Assembly (NCBI RefSeq): GCF_009914755.1
Contig: NC_060937.1
Length of the DNA stretch: 64,000 nucleotides
Direction: 5' to 3' (one strand)
From: the human T2T-CHM13v2.0 reference genome, Homo sapiens
The notes under the pieces were generated by a model. The model did not search any database and was not told where the DNA came from. It saw nothing but the letters and a program-made list of their open reading frames with translations. Positions 25,292-39,114 of this stretch are shown piece after piece. Within the stretch, counting starts at the first letter, position 1. Each line of letters starts with the position of its first letter. The translations under genes and the position numbers were made by a program.

Positions 25292-28200
25292 GAGAGAGTA
25301 CAACATAGCCTGATGGAACTATGTCCCAAATTGTAGAGTGAGCAATTCAACATGGTAACTGGAGGTTCTTAAGGAAATTATTCTCTCTTTAAAAACCATT
25401 AAAATCTGTTTTATTTTACAGTGTTCTTTAGTTTACAAATTATTTTCACACCCTTTATTCCATATACATTAGTCTGAGGAAAATAGATATCTAGGCTTAC
25501 TTAAAAAGAACAGAAACTAAATAGTATGGACCTGTTAGACCATAATTCTGAAAGACTACCGCTAGATCAGTGAAATTCTCCTCAAAGAAATTGATTTATT
25601 GTAAGAAAAGCGGCCCACAGTTCGCATGCTCCAACATGTATTCATGATTGTGGAATGTCAGGTTACATGCTTCCTTTTTGTTCTTATCTATTGGCCTTTC
25701 CTCAAATGCTATACAGACACAAAACAATTTAGGGAAGGTTAAATGGGCTTTTACTCAAATCTTTGCTTGTCCATCCTGTGGAGATAGAAAATTACAAACT
25801 GTATATCCTTTGGTTCTATCCTGGCCAGAGGACAACTAAAGCCTGAATTCTAGCTTTCTTTAGCCACTGTAGTTGAAGTATCCTCAACAAGCTAGAAGTA
25901 TGTTAGCTAATGAGCAATGGAACGCGTCCTCCCCCTGGTCCTTCAGTTCTCGTTAGATATGAGTAAAGCCAGAGTCTTTCTGAAGACACACAAAACACAA
26001 ACTTGAATTCACAATCAGAAAAAAAATCCTGTCCACCTTATGATATTCTTTACCATGTTATACAATATTCTTTTTCTTCTCGAGGTTCCCTTGTGACATC
26101 TAGACTTAAAATTCTTGTTAACCTTCCTGAAATGTGACACTTACCTACTAAGCAATACTTACGAAGCTGTGATGAAAAATTGCATTCACTGCATCACTGA
26201 CATCATTCTGTATCTGTAATTGTAAATAAATGGACTTCATTTTCAGAAAGCATGCAGATGCTTTACTAGGTCTCAGCCTTTAGGGCTTGGCTGTAAAAAC
26301 AACAGTGCTACTCTCTTAAAAGCAATGCAAGCATGCAGGTTTCTCTGACAGCTAAACGCAACCTGAATTCAGGTGGGTGGGTGGGGCATGGAGCTCCTTT
26401 TCCAAGGACTTCTGTTCCCTGCACTGTTCAAAGGTCTCAGGATCTTGTCCCCAGGTTCTCTTTCCCTTTCTGCCCCACTCTGCTTCCCTTTCACTCTCCC
26501 CTTGTTCTGCCTTCTCTTCTCCTCTTTCTCTTTCCTGGTGCCCTTGCTGTTTCCGTTCCTTAAATAAGACCACCTTAGCAAAGGAAGTCATTCAGGTCCA
26601 GGCTCCCTCTGCAATCTTTGAGATTTCCCAGTTTTTACTGTGTTCAGGACTTACTGGGGAAAAATTATAAACCAAGGTAAACATTTCATCCTCTCTTAAA
26701 ATGCCACAGCTCAAGTACACCACACACTGTGATAATTATTTCTCTACTTCGACACCCCAATTTTATTTGCTTGAGGAATTTCTATTACCCTAATTTACAT
26801 AACTCCATCTTCTATCTCCTGAACTTATTACCCTAGCTGTGTTTTACTTAGAGATTATTTGCCTTCTGTAAGCCCTGAGATATATTACAAATCTTTCCCC
26901 TATTGGTTGAAGCTAAAGGATGCCAAACCCAAAATTCCTTTTCCTAACCTAGTTTTCTTCTTGGTTACTGTAGAAATTGTGTAATATCATTTTATAGTAG
27001 TGTTTGCATCCTGCACATCTGGATTTGAAGAGATATCCATGATTTCCATTTATTATTTTTTCTCCACAAAATCTACAACTGCTTAGCAAGTATCTTGAAT
27101 GTTCCAGGCACTCTGCCGTATATTTGAGATATAAGATGAATGAAGTATGTGATTCAGGTACCCATCAGTCCCTGTCACTTTTGATTCATGTTTCATTTAT
27201 GATAAAGATATAGTTTCACGTACCAAAATCGCTCTTTATGCATGTTTACCAATGAGAAATTCATCATAATTTTCTTTCAATGAGAAATCTAGACATCATA
27301 TTTTTAAAGACAGACTCAACATATGGACTGACTCTCCCAAATCCATTTCCCAAATGGCAATTATGAGTGCCTAATTGGCTTTAGGGAAACTGAAGAGAGA
27401 AGCCAGAAATATCAAGAAGATGGATCAAGAACTGGAGTCAGCGTCCCCTGGTTTGCTTTGTGGTTTCACTACATGAACTGAAGTTACTAGCTTGCCAACT
27501 CCAAGTGCAAATTAATTTAGATCACAATTGATGTTTAGGTTTGGAGTGGGAGAGAAAAAAAATCAATGGTATGTGAACACTGAAACCATAAATAGTAACA
27601 AGTGAAAATCGCAAACCTCAAATGCTTTTGAAGCATGTTGTAAAATCCTTCAAAAACATATGCAAGAGTATAATAGACAAAATAATCATGGAAAGTTGGT
27701 ATACAGGCCTTAAGCCACAGAGACCACTACTGGATATTTTGTTATTGTTATTCTGTAATACTTCAATGTAATTTGTGGCATAGAAAAATATGCATGTGTT
27801 TAAAGAGAAGAAAAATGTGCTTATTTTATTAGTCTTAATTATAAGGGAGAACAAAAAAGCACTTGGAACTTTTTTTAATGAATTCATCTCATTCACCAAA
27901 ATCAAGAGCCCAGAAATTGCTTCTAGCTTAAAAATGCATTTTTTTCCCCTAAGATTGGGGCACCGATTTGATGAATGTTCTCAAGTTAATCACCCATATA
28001 GGACTTCTTGAACATTACTCCGACATTGAGTGCTGTCTCTGTAACTTAATGTTATAAAACCTGGAAGGCATATTTATAGCCTAATCCAGATGGACCAAAG
28101 CACAGCACAATTATTCCTTCAAAAGTCGACCTTTGCATACAGATTACAATGGATTGCTTCCAAGATTCAAATGGAGAAATGTACTCATTTCTCCAATTGT

Positions 28201-29681
28201 CATGCATTCATTATGGACCTATTGGACCTGGTTGTGGGCAGTGCTAATTAGTGGCATGTCTGTGTTAAAAGTTGGACTCACAGCCTGATTTGCAAAGTGG
28301 CAGCAGGAGCAGTTGTTATGGAACTGATTACAGCTATCAGAGATGGTGCTATTTTAAACAGGCTGTGAATTAAGTGTCTTCACAAAAGCAAATGAAAATC
28401 ATCTTACAGTTGACAATGAGCATTCCCGTGTAAACACAGGAATAAATGTGTTTGGGCACTTCTAGATAGACACCATGCGATTCTCTCTCTTAAAACATTA
28501 AAAGGAAACTCATTCGTTTTGACTTCCATTAGGAGTTAGATGGTGGAAATTTTCTGATCTCTTTTACACACACACACACACACACATATTAAAGACTCCA
28601 TTGTTTTTATTTTGGAGTGTTTATAGATGTTATATATATATATATATATATACATATTTTCAGAATCTTTGCTATTATCATGTGCTATGAATTCTTCATA
28701 AATGTTAAAGATCTAACTCTTAGCACTCTAATCAAAAAGTCTATATCCCAATATTTACATAGGAATAACTGGGGCTCAGGTAAATTAATTTTTTTTCTAG
28801 TCATCAGTCCATTTAGGGCAGCCTAAAAATGCAAAATTATGTATTTCCCACTCTAGAAGTTTTTATAAGGAGTAAAACAATTTCCCGCTGAAGAATCTGG
28901 CTATGTAGTTCTAATGATATTGGGACGTACAAAAAATACGTATCCCATATATATGCCAGGAGATCATGTTGTAGAATAAGCAGATTTTCTAGTAGATACT
29001 AACTTGTTGAGGTGGGTGTGTGAAAACATTTTATTTTCTAATGACCATTTCTGCACTATGCTACATAGGATCACTCTTCATGCTGTATTGCAGCAACTTT
29101 AACCTCTTATTGACCAATTCCTTAACTTTTTAATCACTTTACTATATTAGAAAAGTTTTATCCTGTTGTTCAAGATCAATCCAGTTCATCTTAAAGAGTC
29201 TCTTTCATTCTCCCTTCCAAACTCTTCTTTTTCCTAACACAGACTAGTGTTGTAATTATAGCCAACTACATGTGGAAACAAGCTGTGGACAAACTCTTCT
29301 CTTTTTCCCGCTTCCAAAAACAAGTCCCATCATGGTAAGAGTAAGGTAAAAGCAAAGGGGAGGTAAAGAAGGAGGACAGAAAGTTGGGTGGAGTTGGGGT
29401 GATTTCTGTTCTTGGCCAAGCCTGTTTTTCTAACAACTTGACCTATGGTCTTGTTGAGCCTAGGAGGAGATTCTAATACATAGTTATATCCTAGTCAATT
29501 CCACAAACATTTTTTGAGTTTCTGCTCTCAAAAAATTGTAGATATAATTGGAGATAACTAAAACATGTTTTTATGGGCTCAAAAGCAGAATATTTAAATT
29601 TTTATTCCTTTGAAAAACTAATAAAGTTTTGATGATTACTGAAGCATTTTAAACATCCTTTATATATAATAAGTATTACAA

Positions 29682-29840
29682 TAGCACTTCTCAAACTTTA
29701 ATATGCATTTCAATTATCTGGTGTTGTGTACTTTAACACAAAGTACAAATTCTGAATCAGTAGGTCTGGGACAGGGCCTGAGATTCTGCATTTCTGTTAA
29801 TATTCTGCTGGTCTGTGAAAGACACTTTGCTTAGCAAAGG
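29682..29840 (+). mobile_element. MER5A-like hAT-Charlie MITE
   Basis: 'cttctcaaactttaatatgcat...attctgaatcagtaggtctgggacagggcctgagattctgcatttct...cactttg'. Confidence 0.75.
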
Positions 29841-32800
29841 CTTAGAAAATCCTGCCTGTGAATTACATTTCTGAAATACATTGAAGGATACCTAAGAATC
29901 TCAATTGAGGATGAAAGTTATTTCCGTGACATCTGTCCCTTACCTAGCATAAAAGAAAAGAATTCTGACAAGGTATTATTTCAAGAATTCTCATTGTTTA
30001 TTAAAACATGAAGAAAAACAATACATGTAAATGTACAGAGAGTTTCAGTGACAAGCACATTGTCAGTGGGTACGTTGGCCAGTGTTTCAGGATTGGACCT
30101 GACAACTGGAATAACCTCACTATTCAATCTCAAGTCTTGACTTTTGCCATTTTAGGGGCTGTTAACTGAAGTGTAGGGAAGTGAACTAACTCCTGCATCT
30201 CAATGATGAATGGTCCTGAGGTCAGCTGACCATCCATCTGCTGCTGCAACCCTCAGACACATTTCTCTGTAAAGCAACTTGATGCGGATGCTTGTAAATC
30301 ATAGTATTGGCATTTGGCCTCATTTGCTGTGAGAGAAACTTAAAGGAGTGCCTAATTCTCTTTTATTTTAGCTTTCAATTTTCTTAATCCTGCCCCTGGC
30401 CCTCCTTCTTTCTGAGAACTGAAAGAGTTTGGCCCTGCTGAGTGTAGCCATTCTAATTAATTCACACTCACCCTTTTAGCATATGCATGAATCCCAGAAA
30501 GTCTAATGATTCTGTCCACATGGTAGTGAACATTACATCAGTTGCAGATCTCTCCCCTGCTGTTCATAGAGTTTAAAGTCCAAGTTTGTGGGTGTGTTTA
30601 GCCATTAAAGGATTTTACAATATGGAACAAAAAGGATGAAATCTCAATTGCCAGAATAATTTAAGAGCTCTTCACACCACTTGAGCTAAACACCCTTTCT
30701 CTCAATGATAAGCTTTAGGGCAGTTAATTAAAACCTTCACCTTTTCAATCTTGACTGGCATTGAGTCCCAGAATATTTCTTTCCCAAAGGAATTAACTTT
30801 ATGGGCTGGGGGAGGGGTGTGGGGGGTGGAGAAGGCAACAAGAATCATATTATAGTCCAGTTAAAAAATATATATGTATAGATTTTTATAACAAAAGACA
30901 GTTTCAAAATAAATTAGTGACTTTAAGAAATGTGTAGAGTCTACTTATTAAATTAGGAGGAAAACAAAATTGATGTTAGTTTGAATTTTAAATGCCTTGT
31001 TTCACCTCTAAAGTCTATAGCTTCCAACAAACTTTTATCCAGTAAGGGCTTCTTTATTGTTAGAACTTTTTATGAGTTTGAAACGTATTCTACATGCTTA
31101 GTGATCCTAAGTCAAACTTCCCTGATTGCCACTTTATGTAAACTATGTGAAGTTTGAACCACAGTAAATCAAAATTCAGTCCCTTTTTATAAGTGTCTGG
31201 ACACTTCCATATTTCAACTTAGTTGGAATCAATCACCTTTCACAACACTTTGCCTTTATAATTTCTAATACATTTAGCCTTCAGCCATGTCTGGGCTCTC
31301 ACTTCTATAAATGATCCTCCCACTCAGTTCTTACCTCTATTTTTTACATTTAAGACTATTTTACAGATTGCATATTTTGCAAAGTTTTATCTATAAAAAA
31401 GAAAAACCTCCTAGATGCACTATCCAAACTATTTGCTTTTGTAACATAGCATATTTTCAAACAGTGTTCTTCTTTGTTTGATTTATTTTCATAGCACTTC
31501 TATATCCAAGTTAATATTATAATATGTAATTTACATTAAAATCTCCACACAGAGATGTTAAAATATGTAAAAGTTACATGTGTCTTAATGCAAATTTGGA
31601 ATTATGTTCACAGTTTCTAAATTTGTAATCTGTTATACAAAATACTGAGACCCAAAATAAGAAACATATGACAGTTCCCAGGAGCAGTCAATACTATCAC
31701 TTGAGGAGAATGGTTGGGTATAGAAGAGGAACAAAAGGCATATTGTTTAAAACATGCTGCTGAGAATTTCAGCATGCATCAGCAAGTTGAGAAGGTAGTT
31801 GGGAAACTTTGGAATAAGCAACTGGATATTTAGAAATTAACTTATCAGTGTTTTCAGTATGTGAACCCTCATTTCGGAAAAGAGCTCTGAGGCATCAGCC
31901 CACGTAATTCCCACTGTCATTCCTACATATACACTTCAGATCAATTCAGAATACACTGGTAGAGTTGTGGGGCTTTGGACTTACCTTATGAAACCTGAGA
32001 CTTTTTACCTTTAATTACAAGAATTAATCTAAATTTCAAGACTGTGTTATAAAACATCTGCCCATCCTATAGCAGAGAAATACGAAACTTCTTAGGCCAT
32101 GCACCTGCCAGAATTTACTTTGATGATAAAGTGATAAAGGACATAAAAAAAGTCTGTGTCTCTTCTTTCATACTTAATGAAGTAGTAACAGTTGTAGACA
32201 CTAAGATATTAATCTTCTAGAAGAGTGTTCTTTTCATTCTTGGCTATATTTTTGAGAATATGGGAGTTTCTGGTAGTTATCCTTTTTTAAGGACTGAACT
32301 TTCCAAGAATTCTACTTTTTGATAAGCATGACTAACTTCATCTCTAAACTGTTTTAAAAGACTAAATATACCAAAATTCATAAAGCTTGAATTGGGGATA
32401 AAGATGAGTTAAAATAGCTTTCCTCGTTATCTGTACTCTGAAGGTGATCTACTAACAAACCCCCAGGACTTACATATCCAAGAAAAAAAAGAAGTATTGT
32501 ATACATTTTTTTTCTGCTAATTCCTTGATTTACACAGCTATCTGTAAATATATTCTGTTATTCATTAATATACTGCTGATTATTTTATTACTCTTGATGG
32601 TTAATTGTCTTCTTGCCTCAAGTGCTCTGTTGGGTCCATGTAGAGTAAGGTGAATCAGAATGAGTCCTTACTGCAAAGGACTTACAGTTACAGAGTAGCA
32701 AGTGGAAGTTATCAGAGCTCAGAACATAGTATCATGTAGCAGATGGAATTTCCCCTGACTTTTGAGGCATGCCTAAGTAAGTGACAGGCAGACAAGGGAA

Positions 32801-34257
32801 AGAAAACACATTCAAAGGAATAACGTAATTGTAAATATGGGATTAAAGTGCAAGTCCCAATTTGAGACTATGGCGAGTGGATTTTATATAGGATTGGAGA
32901 AAATGGCAGTAGGATAAATAGTTAGAAGTAATATCAGGCAAGATTTGGAGGAGGGATGGGAGGTGGTGGTGAGGGATTCTCAATATCTTTTTTTAAAAAT
33001 CTTTTCTTCCCATTCATTTTCAATGCCAGTAATTCCCCCCCTTCATCTCTAGATATGTAGAAAATATAGGTGGTAGCTGCAAGAGTAAAGTAAAGGTTGG
33101 CTCAGGTAGTCAGCATCACACTGCTCTGGGAGAGTTTGGGAGGCATATGGGTCTAAGTGTTTATATCCATATCACTCTAGACTGCAAAGATCCCTGCTGT
33201 AAGGTACAGCTATGGAGAAATAGCCATGAAAATATATAGACAGCCCAGCTGAATCAAGAGTTCTTGTCCACCCATTTTATTATCCATTTGGTCCATCGTG
33301 CAAAATCACCGAGCCCCATCCTTTTTATCTGAGCTACAATAGCCATGTTCTCTTCTCTATGTTTGAGAAGTTTACCAGGTCCAGTTATTTTCTGGATTTC
33401 CTTTGGAACTAAGTTCCATAGTTCTGTGACTACTTGCTCATTTTTATTGTATCATGAGTAATGAATAGAAGTAACACTTCTGAAATATTTAGTCTGATGT
33501 ATCTAACATGTAATTCATTCCTGTCGGATGTAGAGGTGTGTGAAAATGTTAAGAGTGACAGGCAGAAGAGATCACTGTGTTCCTGTCTAGGACACATTTC
33601 CTAAGTTAAATCCAACTTTCATTGTCTTTGAGTTTCTTGAAACTCTGCAGTTATAGAAGACTGATAGCAATCTAAATAATCCTCATCCATAAAATGCAAA
33701 TTCTGTCAGGTGGAGATTCAGTTGATCATTGTCTTAGGGGTAGTAATCAATTTGTAAATTTATCTCTCCTTCCTAATACCCCAAATATCTATGTGTTTTT
33801 AAATTCTCTTTCGAACCAGTTCAAACAGTTTACTAGTTACCTCATAATCAGTTAAATAGTATCTTTGGTGAGTCTTCATCTTGTACTTGTTTAAGAGTCA
33901 TGATTTTACTGTAACAATATTCTTTAAGGAAGGAAGATAGAGGGAACTGCTCCTCCCACACCCTGCTGTTATAATTTACCAGGGTAGAAACAGGGTAATT
34001 TTTTTTTCTACTCCACTTCTCTCCTACATTATAGTGGAATAAAACACAGGCAGATTAACTAAGAAGGGCTTATACTATGGTCAACAAATAACATGAAGTA
34101 CATACACGTGGATTGTCAATGAATAGAATAAATGCAACAGCAAAAGTTAGTTGTTAAAATTACAAGACATCAGTCAAGCACCTCACTCTTCGAAATAATT
34201 CATGAATCTTCATCAGTATCAAATTCTGAGTAAGGATTTCCTTCCTCACTTTCTCAT

Positions 34258-35034
34258 TTTTCTTTTTTTTTTATTTTTAATTATGCTTTAAGTTCTGGGA
34301 TACATGTGCAGAACTTGCAGGTTTGTTACATGGGTATATACGTGCCATCGTGGTTTGCTGCACCCAGCAACCCAACATCCACCTAGGTACTTCTCCTAAT
34401 GCTATCCCTCCCCTAGCCCCCACCTCCCAACAAGCCCCGGTGTGTGATGTTCCCCTCCCTGTGCCCATATGTTCTCATTGTTCAACTCCCACTTATGAGT
34501 GAGAACATGTGGTGTTTATTTTTCTGTTCCTGTGTTAGTTTGCTGAATATGATGGTTTCCAACTTCATCCACGTTCCTGCAAAGGACATGAACTCATTCT
34601 TTTTTATGGCTGCATAGTATTCCATAGTGTATATATGCCACATTTTCTTTATCCAGTCTATCATTGATGAGCATTTGGGTTGGTTCCAAGTCTTTGCTAT
34701 TGTGAATAGTGCTGCATTAAACATACGTGTGCATGTGTGTTTACAGTAGAATGATTTATAATCCTTTGGATATATACCCAGTAATGGGATTGCTGGATCA
34801 AATGGTATTTCTAGTTCTAGATCCTTGAGGAATTGCCACACTGTCTTCCACAATGTTTGAACTAATTTACACTCCCACCAACAGTGTAAAAGCATTCCTA
34901 TTTCTCCACATCCTCTCCAGCATCTGTTGTTTCCTGACTTTTTAATGATTGCTATTCTAACTGGCATGAGATGGTGTCTCACTGTGGTTTTGATTTGCAT
35001 TTCCCTAATGACCAATGATGATGAGCTTTTTTTC
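34258..35034 (-). mobile_element. L1PA (about L1PA6-8) 3' end, 5'-truncated, ~780 bp
   Basis: Poly(T), then L1 3' UTR 'aagttctgggatacatgtgcagaac', then the end of ORF2. Confidence 0.95.
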
Positions 35035-35036
35035 AA
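34482..35036 (-). pseudogene. L1 ORF2p C-terminal fragment (cysteine-rich CCHC domain), non-functional
   Basis: 184-aa ORF containing [31 protein letters not shown] and WIKKMWHIYTMEYY, all hallmarks of L1 ORF2p; no endonuclease/RT domains and no promoter. Confidence 0.92.
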
Positions 35037-36482
35037 AAAGACAGCAATTTTCAGTGAAACAAAATTAGATCTCCAAGAGGTATTTTATTGCAAAAATTTC
35101 AAAATAATTTAATTGTCATGTCTTTTAGTTGACAAATTTCCGACTGAAAATAAAAATAAAAAACTATATACAGAAAGGATTGAGAGGTAGAGGCGGAGGG
35201 GCATAGAGGGAGGGAGGTGGAGACACACAGGGAAGGAAGGAGGAAAGAATTAAATTAAAAAATATAAAGAATTACTACCCTGATTGCCCCACTTAATATA
35301 TTCCTCTTCAGGGGCAGTGGTAGAGAAGATATAATGCTAGAAGGTAAATTGAATCAAGAAAACATTTTTTTAACTTTACAGCTTTACAGAACTAGCACCT
35401 GGGCAATTCCTACCTTTATCTTATTCATTGAAGAAAAACTATTTGTCATCAAGACTTTTAAATTATCTCCTCACACAACATACCGCTTTGCTGGACCATC
35501 CCCCAGTTTAAGTGTTTTCTGACATTAGAGATCAAAACTTTTTATTACTCAACCATGACCATTCTTGGCTTGCTGCAACATTGGCTTCTACTACAGGACT
35601 TTAAAATCTAGGTTAAAATGATTAAATTTCAGCTGTCCAACATTCTGTTTAGAGACTGCATTATGTTTTGACAGCTCTACCCATTATGAGTTATTATGAT
35701 TTAGTTTTCTTGAAAAACATTTCCATTGCCTAAATTTTTCAAAGAAGTCACTCTCCTTCTTGTACCACCTAAAACATCTTCACTTTATCCTTAAGGACCA
35801 CAGTTTTACATGTAATTATCTTCCTTGTGAATACATTTTTTAAAAATATTATATAATTGTTAGTCCATGAAAGAAACTATCCTAAGTTTGATGATCCCCT
35901 TGGGGGAAACAGATACTGGACCAACAACTCAGAACCACTTGTATTCATCACAGGTGAAAGACTGGAACACATTGAGAAATTTGACTAATTTTTTATATTT
36001 GTACTTACAAGTTAAAGGAAGTTAAAATCAATGAAGAGACTTTTGTTGCAACAATGAGAAGCTAAAATTAAAGTTAGAATTTTCAGTGAAAAAGATTTAG
36101 TAGTTTTATATTATTTACTATGACCATTTTTACAAACAAAAGAATATGTAACAGCATATCTAATGCATTACAATTCAGTTCTCAGATATTTTTATATATT
36201 TTTCTCATTAGAAAAATATTAATAGTGCATGGAAAAAAGCCTGGAGAATAAGAAAGTACTAAGAGAGCATTAAAATCACCAGTAATTTCACTCTTTGGAT
36301 ACAATTACCACTGTCATTGTGATTTATGTCCTACAGGGGTATTTTATATGCATACACATATTTTATATTCCTTAGCCGCTCTTAATGTTAATAATTAGGA
36401 ACACTGTTTTCTTGAAAAAAAAACCTAAATATATGAAATGTAACTTTTGTCAGCTGCATAGACTGTATTGCATAGGTGATTC

Positions 36483-37262
36483 TGATATGGACAGGAGACA
36501 GGGAAATACTGGGAAGAAGAGGGTGGTTCCCTGGCAAAGGCCCCACCCTCAAGGCTTAAGACCCACAGCCCTAAATGGGAACAGGCATTCCTGTTTTTGT
36601 GCCCAAAAAGTTGCCTTTTGGCCCGCCATGCCCCCTATCCTGCACCCATATAATCCCCGAGCCCCAGGCTACAGAAGCAGACCCACAAGCCAGCAGACCA
36701 GAAGGAAGGCAGAATGACATGTCAGAGAAAGAGAGAAGAGGAGGAACATCTGAATGCTGAGAGGAGTTTGCCTGGGCGAACCTGACTCCAGGGGAAGACC
36801 ACCTTCCCACTCACTCCCCACCTTCCCACTCACTCCCCGCCTTCCACCTCCCCGTCCATCATGCTGCAAGCCACCTCCACCACTCAGTAAAACCTCAAAT
36901 TCATCCTTGAAGCCCACATGCAACCCAGTTCTTCCGCGACGATGGGCAAGAGCTCAAGATACAGAAGGCTGGCACATTGGCCCTCTGCCCTTGCAAAAAG
37001 GCATAGGGTCCATGGAGCTGTTTAACACTCAAGCTGTCTGTGGATGGCAAAGCTGGAAGAGCTTTGTAACATTGGGGTTACAGGCACACACTCCTAGACA
37101 CTAGCATGGGGCCGAACCCCAAAACACTGGCCCTGGGCTCTGCACCTGCCCCTCTGCATGCTCCCCCTCCCAGTAGGGGTTTGAGCAGCAGGGTGACCCA
37201 ACAGGTGAGCCACACCTCTGTCACATGTCTTGCGAAAGGGATCAGGGAACTCTACCATTTCA
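36483..37262 (+). mobile_element. MER50-like ERV1 solo LTR
   Basis: TG...CA termini, 4-bp TSD ATTC (36479-36482 / 37263-37266), start 'tgatatggacaggagacagggaaatactggg'. Confidence 0.88.
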
Positions 37263-37429
37263 ATTCCACAGATAATTTGTGGTTTGAAAATGTACTTGTT
37301 CATCAACAATTACAAAGAATACTTCATTAAACATTCCTGCATATGGATAATATACATGTATGTATCTGTGTTTGAATGCTTCTATGTATTTTGCCATGAT
37401 TCAATCCCACCAGTAAAATAGTTTCATCA

Positions 37430-37769
<340 letters not shown>

Positions 37770-37782
37770 TTATGCACTCAGC

Positions 37783-37840
37783 AACAGAGTAACAGAATGA
37801 CTAACATTTAAAACAGAGTAACAGAATGACTAACATTTAA
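37783..37840. repeat. Perfect 29-bp tandem duplication
   Basis: aacagagtaacagaatgactaacatttaa x2. Confidence 0.95.
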
Positions 37841-37852
37841 AAATAATTCTTC

Positions 37853-38126
37853 AGGGTGGGCCTGGTGGCCCAGCAGTTTAGGAGGCAAAGGCGGGCGGAT
37901 CACCTGACGTCAGGAGTGGAAGATCAGCCTGGCCAACATGGTGAAACCCCATCTCTACTAAAAATACCAAAATCAGCTGGGCGTGATGGCAGGCACCTGT
38001 AATCCCAGCTACTCAGAAGGCTGAGGCAAGAGAATCGCTTGAACCCGGCAGGCGGAGGTTGCAGTAAGCAGAGACCGCACCAGCGCACTCCAACCTGGGG
38101 GATAAGAGTGAAAGTTCGTCTCAAAA

Positions 38127-38173
<47 letters not shown>

Positions 38174-38175
38174 AT
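37853..38175 (+). mobile_element. AluS (Sq-like) with (AAAT)n tail
   Basis: Dimeric Alu with a short deletion near the 5' end; tail expanded to about 13 AAAT units (38123-38175). Confidence 0.92.
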
Positions 38176-38499
38176 AGAATCCCTCTTGGCTAGCAAATAT
38201 TTATTAAGCACCTATTAGGAAAAGAATCATTCCATTTCAAGGTATTTTATAAATTATTTTCTAAGAAATATTCATGTCTTGAAAAAATAATTTTAATATT
38301 AAATATTTTAACCAAGAGTTTGGTTACTATTATTAAGAAAAGAAAGTTGTTATTCAAACTCAACAATGTCAATAATAGTTTAAAAACTTGATCTTTCAAA
38401 AATACTGAACTAAAAATTTGGGAGGGTCCTAAATCTCAACATTTTTTATCTGAAGGTTGCATCCAACCTGGAAACTGGTGGTGAGATGTTTTGTTGAGC

Positions 38500-38640
38500 A
38501 TGAAGAAGGAAAAGAAGGAGAAAGAAAAGGAAGAGAAGAGAATGAGGAGGAAGAGAAAAGAAAAGGAGGAAAGAAATGGAAGAGAAGAGTGGATGGGGAA
38601 GGGAATAGAGTGGGGCGGGAAAGGAGGAGACAGGGAAATC
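38500..38640. repeat. GA-rich purine low-complexity tract
   Basis: Directly visible. Confidence 0.8.
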
Positions 38641-39070
38641 CAAAGCAAAGACGATAACATCTTTTTAAATTCTTACTCTTGACAAACCAAGTCCTTCCCT
38701 TGCCTTTTCCTTCCCTCAACTTCTCCGATTTCTGCAAAAATGGTATTCTCATAAGGAGTAGGAAATAGCTCCCTTAGGGAAAATTGCAATTAAATGTCTA
38801 GCATATTAAGCAAACACAGTGCAAATTTCAAGATTATCAAGGATCATCTTAGCAGTCAGTAGACAACCACAGAGTGCTGTAATTATGAACAATGCCTTAC
38901 CACTCTGCTTCAAAAGCACAGTGAATTCAGATGCACGGTGCCTGAAAAATTGTCGTCTTAGGTTATTAGAAACGTCATGAAAACTTACTTCCATGAAGCT
39001 AAGTTTTGGAGTCTCTTATGCTCCTGGCTTGTATTTATAGTTCTTTTTTTAGGAAACATTTGTCAGTTCA

Positions 39071-39114
39071 TGTGTGTGTGTGTATGTGTGTGTGTGTGTG
39101 AGAGAGAGAGAGAG
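39071..39114. repeat. (TG)n(AG)n compound microsatellite
   Basis: Directly visible. Confidence 0.9.

Noticed and set aside
34482-35036. Longest ORF (184 aa) as a functional gene
   Set aside because: It is the C-terminus of L1 ORF2p in a 5'-truncated L1PA copy; an open frame is expected from limited divergence.
36385-37330. Dense overlapping ORFs
   Set aside because: They lie within the MER50 solo LTR; no gag/pol/env motifs.
38429-38752. Lys/Glu/Arg- or Phe/Ser-rich ORFs
   Set aside because: Artefact of the GA-rich low-complexity tract; the same applies to 26333-26670 and 55652-55927.
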